Shown: piece after piece, positions 55,696 through 64,000 of the stretch
Layout: each line of letters opens with the position of its first letter
How positions within the stretch are numbered: the stretch's first letter is position 1
Origin: an uncultured Nitrososphaerota archaeon
GTDB taxonomy: Archaea; Thermoproteota; Nitrososphaeria; Nitrososphaerales; Gagatemarchaeaceae
DNA: 64,000 nucleotides
Direction of reading: 5' to 3'
NCBI GenBank assembly: GCA_963718895.1
Contig: CAVRAG010000004.1
Span: 1 to 64,000, forward strand
Notes under the pieces: model-generated
Databases searched by the model: none
What the model saw: the letters and a program-made list of their open reading frames with translations, nothing else
Told to the model about the DNA's origin: nothing
Translations under genes and position numbers: made by a program

Positions 55696-57460
55696 CTAGA
55701 CTACCGTCCTCCAAACAGAGACTATGTCAGCGCCCTCTCTCGATTAGCGACCTTCTGACCAGACGTCTCTGCTCAAGCTCTCTCAGCGACGAATCCAACC
55801 GTTCGGTGTCTGAGCGGCGCCGACAGACCCGCGCCCGACGCCAGCTCTTGGCCTGTCCCGGCGTGGTGCGCCTGCTTCAGCAGACCTGAAAGGTAGGACC
55901 AGTTCTCTGTGTCTGGGCAGACGCCATGGTAAGAAAGCGGTCGAGTCGCTCGTCCAGGAGGCTCGCACGATGCGCCGCCCACACTATGAGCGCCACAGAT
56001 GATGCAAGAAGCACGAACGTGCTCGCGAGCACTCCCCCCTGATCCAGCGTGAACAGGAAGTCCGTCCAGCCCGAGAACGAGGAGTCCCTCGTGATTCCGG
56101 GGAGCCACAGAGCATTCAGGTCCCCGAGGAACTGGGTGGTGTCTGCGGTCACGTTGGAGTTCCTGAACTCCCTCATGAAACCGAAGCCGACATAGTACTG
56201 CACGAACTGGCTGCCGTTCGATGAAGAGCATTGATGTCTTTCCCTGATAGGCCAGCATCACCCGGTCCGGGGCCACGTAGGTCGTCAGGTGACCCTGAAA
56301 CGGTCCGACCACGGTGAAGATGTTCGAGCCCCTGTTCCATCCTGGGATATCGTTGCCGAACGAGTTGTTGGTGTAGGGCGTTGGCAGAGCCGACAGTTCG
56401 TAGTAGACCGTGTAGTTCTTGGTCTCCGGATGATAGAGCGGCACGTACACCTGCTTTATGGCGTATGCGTCGTTCGTGAATTGGGGACTTGACACCGAGA
56501 TGCTCTCTGTAGACAGCCGTGGAGTTGATCTGCCAGCCTGGCGGCGTCGGCGGCGTGATCGTCCCCGAGTATCCGTGGGACGAGTAGTACGCGTCGTAGG
56601 GTATGCCTCCGGCGAACCCCAGCGCCGGTACCGTGGTGAAGATCAGCAGAGCAGCGACCGCGAGGACGGCCAGGAAGCCCCAGACGCCGACGTTCTCGCC
56701 CGTCCTGGGCCGCGCGAGCTTCGACCCGCAGACCGAGCAGAACCCGTCTGGGAGCAGGTGATGTCCGGGACACGCCTCCGCGGTCGCGCCGCTTGGCAGC
56801 GAAGCGAAGGAGCGAATCCTGTGGGACGAGGAGGGCGAGCAGAGGGAGGGGGACGAAGAGAGCTGTATCGACCTGATGGCCTGACAGCGGGAACGAGGTT
56901 TCGCTCCGAGCGAGGAGCCCCAGATCATGATCGCGAACGGGATGATCATCGCCTTCAACCGGAGTCCCACGAAGGTCAGGAAGAAGAGGAACACTAGGTC
57001 TGCGGAGAGGAATGTCACGACCTCCTGGTCGTTCGAGCCAGGGAAGAAGCCAACCGGAGGAACAGCCAGGACAAGATCGCCAGCAGCGGCGCGAGGGACC
57101 GGAGGATCCCGGTCCCTATCCTGAGAGCGACGTAGCCGACTGTCAGGAAGAAGAGCGACTCGTAGTGGTACCAGGCGCTATTCGCCGAGTAGGAACCGTA
57201 GACATAGAGCAGAGCGCCACGCCGAGGAAAAGGAGCCCCCAGATGAAGCTTATCTTCGAGAGCTCAAGGCGAGTCCTCAGGATTCTCCTCTTCAGCACCA
57301 CGCCGAGCAGGAACAGCGAGACCGTAACCGCGAAGAACGCTCCTTCGCCGTCCGAGATGATGAGAGTATAGAACTTCGAAAAATCAAAGAAATAGATGGC
57401 CACCAGTATCGGGACGAGCGTCAGCAGCTTGGTGACCGTCCCCGGGATGGTATTGCCCAC
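55696..57460 (-). CDS. Exosortase-N-like membrane protein with Zn-knuckle, EpsI-like extracellular domain and C-terminal wHTH; no catalytic triad seen (frameshifted)
   Basis: N-terminal TM pattern (..LKRRIL..GLLFLG..YGS..SLFFLTVG..IG..LRSL), CPGH...CSVC, PPTPPGW domain, and tail TGQELA...LDSSLRELEQRRLVRR...VW. Confidence 0.6.
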
Positions 57461-58233
57461 TAGGTGCTCACCAGGACGGTCGGTCCGAAGCGCATCGGAA
57501 TGGTCCAAGCTCCTGTGTCGGTCTCGCGCACGCATCGTTCAAGGAGAACCTGCTTGTTCGTCGCCGCGCTGACAAGGACCGCGAGGAAGCTTGCGACTGC
57601 GCACCCTACCGAGCCCTTCGATGTTGGGTCTTGTCTGGCCTATGCCGCAGGTGCAGGTGGTTGAAGCGCCGTGAAGGGTCACGTCGACCCTGTCGTCCGT
57701 CGAGACGATGTCCACGGAGCGAGCCAGCCCAAAGTTCTCCCGCATCGCCTCGGGCAGCGAGGCGCGCAGCACGTCCATCGTGAGCTGGGTCGCGCCGGTC
57801 TCGCGCACGTAGAGCTTCGCGAGCCCCCGTCCTGGCGGCGTGATGCCTCCGCGGAAGGAGCGCTCGAGGGAGCGCCGTTGGGCAGAGCCGCCCCTTCGGC
57901 GCTCTCGGGGATTATGACGACCATCTCGACGCCGTCGCCGGTCGGCACATAGGTGAATCCGGCGTCGGAGGCCGATAGCTCGCCTATCGCCTCGTCTGTC
58001 GACCCCAGCACGGCATCGAAGACCCTGGCCTGGACCCTGGCCCGAGGGTCCTTGAAGAGCAGGACGATCGCCGCCAGGAAGGCGACTATCGAGTCTATCT
58101 CGAAGACGATGAACTGGTCGGAGACCGCGATGACGAGGAAGACGACGCTGAGCACGATGAAACCGATGCCCGCATACCTGGAGTAGCGTCCGACCTGCCC
58201 GTACAGCTTGGAGAAGACGTTCACGTCAGGCAT
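57460..58233 (-). CDS. Membrane protein with two N-terminal TMs and a Cys-containing V4R-like C-terminal domain (frameshifted)
   Basis: TM hairpin, TYVP, ITPPG, CTC...GCAVASFLAVL...KQV. Confidence 0.6.
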
Positions 58234-58288
58234 CAGACTCTGGAACTCCGAGGGGCTTCGGAACAGAATCGACCTATGGGCAACAGAC

Positions 58289-60444
58289 TCAGGCTCGGGA
58301 TGCCTTTCTCGCCGCTTCGTCCACCCTGAAAGTCAGCTCGGTCGCCGAGAACACCTCCTCCGAGGTTATGATGGAGGAGTCGGCGCCGCGGAGGAACTTC
58401 GCAAGCTCGGCGAACTCGGTCGAGTGCCCCTTGTCGGCCCTGCCCAGGCTGACGGTCTCGGGCTGGGGGCCGTAGATCTGGAGCTCCTTGAAGTCGTCGA
58501 GGACCATGGAGGTCCCCTGGCCGAAGACCTCCATCCGCTCCCTGTCCATGTCCTTGGACCCCATCGCCACGTAGAGGAGGGTCGCCACCGAGCCGTCCGG
58601 GTAGTCCAGAGTGATCGAGAGGTTGTCGCGGGCGACCGAGCTGGAGCCGTTTATCCCTGCGGAGCGGACGACTATCTCCGGGCCGTCCTGGCCGAGCAGG
58701 AAGTTGAACAGGTCGAAGAAGTGGCAGCACTCGTGGATGATCCTCCCGCCGCCCACGAGAGGGTCCTGGGACCATCTCGACGCCTGGACGAACCCCGCGT
58801 TGACCCTGTAGTTTATCATGAAGGGGCCGTCGATCTTCCTCATCCTCGCCTTGACCTTCAGGACGAGCGGCGCGTACCTCCTGTTGAACCCGACGATCAC
58901 CGGCTGCTTCAGCTCGGCGTGCAGCTTCTTGATCTCCTCGAACTCGCCCCGGGTGATGCAGAGGGGCTTCTCGACGAGGGCGGTCTTGGCCGCCTTCATC
59001 GCCGCCCATGAGCATGGGCGCGTGGAGGTTGTTCGGGGCGGTTATGACCACGAGGTTCGTCTTCGGGTCGTTCAGGACGTCGTCGTAGTCGCAGGTGCTC
59101 TTCTCGAAGCGATAGCGAGAGGCCACCCTCGTCGCGTGGGTCGGGTTCGAAGAGACGACCCACCTCAGGTTGAACTCAGGGCTGGCTCTCATGAGAGGGA
59201 TCAGGGTCTCCTTGGCGAAGTTCCCCGGCCCCACCACCGCGACGTTGATCTTGCCTGTCACTGGGGTGCGCGACTGTCGCCGGCTGCGCAGCCTTCTTGG
59301 ATCCTCACAGGCGCCTGCTGAACGTCGTAAGAGAGCAGGACCGCCGTCTTCGCCTGCTTCCCGAGGGAGTCATAGGCCTCCGGGGCCGAGGCGAGGGGGA
59401 ACTCCGAGCCGACCAGACCGCCGACTCGGACGCGTCCGGACGAGAGCAGCTCCATGAAAGACTCCATGTTCCTGTTGAGCGTCCACCTGACGTACTCCAC
59501 TGGATAGTCCACGCCCTTCTCCTCGTAGACGGGGTCGTAGCGCCCAGGACCCAGCGACCGGGACATCAGCAGGCTGAGCTCCTTCTGGTAGAAGTCCTTC
59601 CGCTCTATCTCCATCCCGACCCTTCCGACGACCACTATCCTGCCCCGGTTCCTCGCAATCCGGCCGGCCATGTTCAGCGGGTCGCTGCTCGAGGTCGCCG
59701 CGCAGACCAGGACGTGGTCCAGGCCGATTCCTCCCGTGAAGTGGGAGATGTGCGAGACCATCGCCGGGTCGTCCGGCTTCAGGGTCAGGTCGACTCCGAG
59801 CTCGGCCGCCAGCGCCAGCCGGGACGTCCTTGAGGTCGATGCAGACGACCCTGCACCCGGATGCCCTCGCTATCTGCGCGACCAGATTGCCCACGAGGCC
59901 CGCCCCTATGACCCCCACGGTCTCCCCTACCTGGAGCTGGCTCGTCCTCACGGCGTGGACCGCTATCGCGCCGATGGTGGCGAAGGCCGCGTCCTTCATC
60001 GGCAGCCCTGCGGGGCACCTTGGCGACGAGGTTCCTCGGCACCGAGACGAGCTCCGCGTGGCACGCCTTGCCCTCTCCGGCGCAGGCCACCCTGTCCCCG
60101 ACCAGCACGTCCTTCACGTTCTGTCCCACCTCGATGACGACGCCCGATGAGCTGTAGCCAAGGGTGACCTCGGGGTGGCGCACATAGTCCGCGTAGTCGA
60201 TGAGACCCCCGATGCCCTCCTGCCGTATCACCTCCCTCGAAAGCCTGAGCGCCTTGCCGGCGAGCGACGAGTCCTTGATCAGGTCCGTCGTGGCGAGCGG
60301 GTCGGTCGAGTCGATGGTCCATGATTCGGTCCCGGTGCTTATCACCGAGTAGTTTGTCTGGACGAGGAGCCCGTTCTCCCCGCAGACCGGAGCCGGGACG
60401 TCAGCGACGACGACCGTGCCCGCTCGTGCTATGACTTGCTTCAA
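58289..60444 (-). CDS. Bi-domain oxidoreductase (MDR/ADH-like plus Gfo/Idh/MocA), sugar-modifying (frameshifted)
   Basis: SVISTGTE, LGYSSSG, HAE, GAGLVG, SRSLGPGRYDP.YEE.G.DYP, RWT..RNM, then VEKPL, VGFNRRY, GGGRIIHECCHFFD. Confidence 0.92.
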
Positions 60445-61420
60445 CGCGCCTCACCCATGACCTCGGGGGCCGTTTTGAACCAATCTACGAACATCCTCAG
60501 CCCTTCGTCGAGGTCGACGGCCGGGGTCCAGTGGAGCAGCTCGGCCGCCTTCCGGTTGCTCGCCTGTGTGTCCGGAAACTCGCCCGGGCCCTCCGCGACG
60601 TAGGTCGGAGGGATTGCCCTTCCTGGGCTTATGATCTGGGTCAGCCTCTCTGCGAGCTCCGATACGGAGGTCCTGGACCCGAAGCCGATGTTGAAGACCT
60701 CGCCTCCGAGCCCGTCGTTCTGGGCCGCCAGGATGTTCGCGGCCACTATGTCCGTTACGTAGGTGAAGTCGCGTGTGTGGGACCCGTCTCCCTGAATGAC
60801 CGGCGGCCTTCCCTTCTGCGAGGCTCTTGGTGAACTTGTGTATCACCTGGTCAGGGCGGCCCCTCGGCCCGTAGACCGAGAAGTAGCGGAGCGACACCAC
60901 GTCCGTCCCGTAGACCCTGTGGAACGCCCTGCAGTACTGCTCCGCCGCGAGCTTCGAGACCCCGTAGGGCGAGGTCGGGTTGGTCGGATGGTCCTCGTCG
61001 ATAGGGAGGTACTCCGGCCTGCCGAAGATCGAGGAGGACGAGGCGTTGACTATCCGCTCGCACGCCGTGCTTCTTCCCCAGCGAGAGGACGTTGAGGGTC
61101 CCGTTGACGTTGACGTTGTTGACCTGCACCGGATGCTTGACGCTGAACCCTATCCCCGCCTGGCCGGCCTCGTGGAAGACGACGTCCACGTCTTTCATCG
61201 CCGAGTCCAGCCTGTCGACGTCGAGGATGTCGCCGTTGACGAGCCTGAACCGCGGGTTGTTGACCGCGCCTGCGAGGTTCCTCTCCTTGCCCGGGTAGAA
61301 TTCGTCGAAGCGGTCGTACACGGTGACCCGTGCGCCCATGCCAAGCAGCCTCTCCGTCAGGTGGGAACCGATGAACCCGGCGCCCCCGGTGACCAGCACC
61401 TTTGCACCGTCGAGGTTCAG
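60441..61420 (-). CDS. NAD-dependent epimerase/dehydratase (frameshifted)
   Basis: TGGAGFIGSH, YGVSK, LRYFSVYGPRGRPD, TRDFTYV. Confidence 0.9.
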
Positions 61421-62600
61421 CTTCCCGCCTCCGCTTGTTCGTAGATCTTCTCGAGGTTTGCCGTCAGCACGGAGTAGCGGTTCCCCCGCACCCTCTCCTT
61501 GCCTCGCCTTCCAAGTTCGGCCGCCAGAGCTGGGTCTCTCAGGACCTCTGCGATCTTCCCCGCGAGGAGGCGCGAGTCGCCGTACTCGACCAGGAAACCC
61601 TCCACGCCGTCGGTGATCTGGTACGGGATTCCTCCGACGTTCGTCGCCACCACCGGCTTCCCCTGGGACATGGCCTCGAAGATGGCCTGGCTCGTACCCT
61701 CGTAGGTCGTGGGCAGCACGAAGACCGTGGCCGAGGCGTAGGCCTGCATCTTCTCCTGAAAGTCGTAGATCGGTCCGAGGAAGTGGACTGAGGAGGTGAC
61801 TCCCAGCCTCGAGGCCTGTGTCTTTAGCGTCTCGGAGTACCCAGACTGGTCCGCCCCGACGAAGACGAAGGACGCGTCGGGGAACTCCTTGAGGATCGAC
61901 GGGGCTGCCTCGAGCAGGTGCTGGGGGCCCTTGAGCGGGTTCAGCCGCCCTAGGAAGAGGACGACCGGCCAGCCGGTCGATCTGGTACTTCGTCATGAAG
62001 GGCTTCTCGTCGAAGACCCCGAGCGATTCGTCGCGGATCCCCGAAGGCGTGACGACCATCCGGTCAGCGTCGCCGCCCAGCTTGAGCAGAGGAGGGATGA
62101 GGTTGGGGGCCCGGACCAGGACCTTGTCGGCGGACGGTAGCGTCCTCTTCCCGAGGTACCCCTCCATCAGCTTCATCGGGAACTGCTTGTACCAGGTACG
62201 GGGGATCATCGAGTGTACGTCGAAGACGGTCAGGGCCGTGGCGCTGTGGGTCTTCTCCGCTGCCTTGAGGGCGACCCGGCTGTGGGGCTGGGCGTAGTCG
62301 TAGGTGTGGATGACGTCGAACGACCCGGCCGTCAGCGCCTCTCCGAGGCCCTTCCAGACCTTCATGCGATAGGACCAGTCCAGCCTCATAGGCAGCCTGT
62401 GCACGTTTATCCCGTCTACGACCTCGCTCGCCTTGGCCTCGGTCCCGTTGCACCTGGCCGCGGTGAAGACGTGCACGTCGTGCCCCTTCCGCGTGAGCTC
62501 CCTCGAGATGTTGTAGACGTACCACTCGGCTCCTCCGACCATGAAGGGCGTGAAGAAGACGTTCACCTGTGCGATCTTCAGGCTCTCTGCCTCGGGTCAG
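61417..62600 (-). CDS. GT4 glycosyltransferase (frameshifted)
   Basis: VGGAE, FDVIH, LGRLNPLKG, EGTSQAIFEAMSQGKPVVATNVGGIP. Confidence 0.9.
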
Positions 62601-62617
62601 ACGCCATGCAGGCCATC

Positions 62618-63502
62618 TCAGTTGCTTTCAGCGCGAACCACCGTTCTCGACGCCATGGTGGAGTCGAAGTGGTCGGCGATCTCCCCCATCGTGCACAGAG
62701 CAAGGACGCCGCGACGGTTCATCTCGCGCAGATGACTGAAGACGGGGTCCAGGGTCTTGACCATGGGGTTCGGGTCTCCTCCCATGACGATGCTCCAGGG
62801 ATGGGTCCAGAGATGGAAGACCGCGGATGTCTGGGAGCAGAGGTCGGCGTACTTCATGATCAGGGACTCGGCCCCGAAGGACTTCTGGTCGACGTAGTAG
62901 ACGGGCCTCTCGTTCCAGAGCCCGTTGCTGCGGTCGGGCGGTCCGATCACCCTCTCCTTTCCCCGGTAGGTCTTGAAGCCCAGCTTGCGTAGGACCTCGA
63001 AGTGGTTCTCTCTGTTCCAGGGGAACACGAACGTCCTCGGCGCGGACCGCATGTCCAGCGCGTCCAGGCACTTCCTGATGTCCTCTTCGAACTCGGCGGG
63101 ACCGCACTTGAGCGCGTCCATGTGGGAGTAGGTGTGTATCCCTATCTCCTGCCTGACCGGGGAGTCGAGTATCCGGTGGTAGCTTTCTGGTTCCTCGACG
63201 GCCGTCTTGCCGCATATCGCCCAAGTCAGGGGGACCTCGTATCGCTGCGAGAGCTCGAGGAGCTTCTCCGTTCCGGCGCGATTCGGCCCGTACCTGTCGC
63301 TCTGGGTGACGTCGAAGTCGACCGAGATGCAGGCTGCGGCCTTCGCACCACCGGGATAGCTGGTCCCGGGAGGAGGCGCGTCGTAGGCGATCTTGATCTC
63401 CCTGAGCACGCCCCGGGTGACGAAGCCAGCGCCGACCGAGGCTGAGAATCGGGCGCCGTCAAGGGCGGCGTTCTTCATCGTCCTCTTGAGATTTAGCCCC
63501 AT
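62618..63502 (-). CDS. Polysaccharide deacetylase family protein
   Basis: ISVDFD, PLTWA, EIGIHTYSH, FVFPWN, HLWTHP. Confidence 0.88.
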   Translation of the reverse strand: MGLNLKRTMKNAALDGARFSASVGAGFVTRGVLREIKIAYDAPPPGTSYPGGAKAAACISVDFDVTQSDRYGPNRAGTEKLLELSQRYEVPLTWAICGKTAVEEPESYHRILDSPVRQEIGIHTYSHMDALKCGPAEFEEDIRKCLDALDMRSAPRTFVFPWNRENHFEVLRKLGFKTYRGKERVIGPPDRSNGLWNERPVYYVDQKSFGAESLIMKYADLCSQTSAVFHLWTHPWSIVMGGDPNPMVKTLDPVFSHLREMNRRGVLALCTMGEIADHFDSTMASRTVVRAESN

Positions 63503-63531
63503 TTCAGGTCACCCGGCGGGTTTGAGGCGCC

Positions 63532-63581
63532 ATGAAGTTCAGAACCACAAGCATGAATCTCAGCCTTCACTAGCCTTAAAT
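63532..63581 (+). promoter_or_regulatory. Fourth tandem-operator plus TATA promoter, facing the plus strand
   Basis: ATGAAGTTCAGAACCAC - 4 nt - ATGAATCTCAGCCTTCAC - 5 nt - TTAAAT; the same layout as the three PEF-CTERM promoters with one extra base. Confidence 0.6.
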
Positions 63582-63606
63582 CGGAAAAAACGCCACTATC
63601 ACAACT

Positions 63607-63672
63607 GGGTGTGTGGGGGCTTAGGAAACTGCCCTCGTGACCGTTGAGGTCTGGGGGCATTTCCGCACACCC
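63607..63672 (+). ncRNA. Candidate small structured RNA (long hairpin)
   Basis: Starts 25 nt after the TATA. Pairings GGGUGUGU/GCACACCC, GGAAA/UUUCC, UGCCCUC/GGGGGCA and GACC/GGUC. Two G-U pairs work only on the plus strand. No plus-strand ORF longer than 12 codons starts here. Confidence 0.5.
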
Positions 63673-63689
63673 TCTTCTCGGCCAATTCC

Positions 63690-64000
63690 TCAAGAGAAGA
63701 GTCTTTCCCTGAAGAGTTTGTAGTCCTGCAGGACCTTCAGACCGTCGCTCGTCGCCTGATAGTACTTCCCGCCGAGCGTCGCCTCCATGCTGATCAGTCC
63801 GCTCCGCTCCAGGTCGTCGACTATCGTCTTGAGCTCGGTGTAGGAGATGTTGGCGGCCTTCATGATGTGGGTGGTCCTCAGAGGCCTTAGGGAGGTGGCC
63901 TGGATTATGTCTATCCGGATCTCCATCTTCGACCTCCTTCTGAGGGCCGCCTCCTCGCGGGGCGCCTCGTAGAGTCCCCTGATCTCGTCGATTATGAGCT
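63690..64000 (-). CDS. Archaeal winged helix-turn-helix (HTH_45-type) domain protein, 5' partial
   Basis: RRSKMEIRIDII...TTHIMKAANISY...L...GLI...YQATSDG; the frame stays open to the window edge. Confidence 0.85.
   Translation of the reverse strand, partial: LIIDEIRGLYEAPREEAALRRRSKMEIRIDIIQATSLRPLRTTHIMKAANISYTELKTIVDDLERSGLISMEATLGGKYYQATSDGLKVLQDYKLFRERLFS

Noticed and set aside
60851-62566. Apparent 571-aa glycosyltransferase-epimerase fusion in the ORF track
   Set aside because: Frameshift artefact: the GT4 C-terminus is in ORF 61417..61749 with its own stop, and the epimerase begins there.

Overview
This is an archaeal cell-surface and glycan island. The TATA-box promoters with near-leaderless starts, PEF-CTERM tails, DUF1616-like gene and HTH_45-type winged helix suggest Archaea; a high-GC Nitrososphaerota-like host is an inference. 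Single-base indels are frequent, probably uncorrected long-read error, so many genes were stitched from ORF fragments and their boundaries are approximate. The left part (1-42 kb) holds a nucleotide-sugar dehydrogenase with a LAGLIDADG intein and a zinc-ribbon insertion, three PEF/PQF-CTERM proteins and an archaeosortase-family gene. It also holds a membrane-anchored wHTH protein, large secreted Ser/Thr-rich proteins sharing a ~210-aa domain I do not recognise (9 copies in 5 genes), FkbM methyltransferases, wecB and glycosyltransferases. The right part (42-64 kb) is one minus-strand run: ABC-2 exporter, GT4/GT2 enzymes, epimerases, deacetylases, an acyltransferase, a bi-domain oxidoreductase and a block of membrane proteins, including an apparently non-catalytic exosortase/EpsI-like/wHTH fusion. 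The best novel signal is a tandem 17-bp palindrome (RTGAAT-N5-ATTCAY) at a fixed 26 nt from the TATA box of all three sortase-substrate genes. A fourth copy points at a ~66-nt non-coding hairpin, suggesting an undescribed surface-protein regulon with a small RNA. I found no rRNA, tRNA, CRISPR array, transposase or reverse transcriptase.
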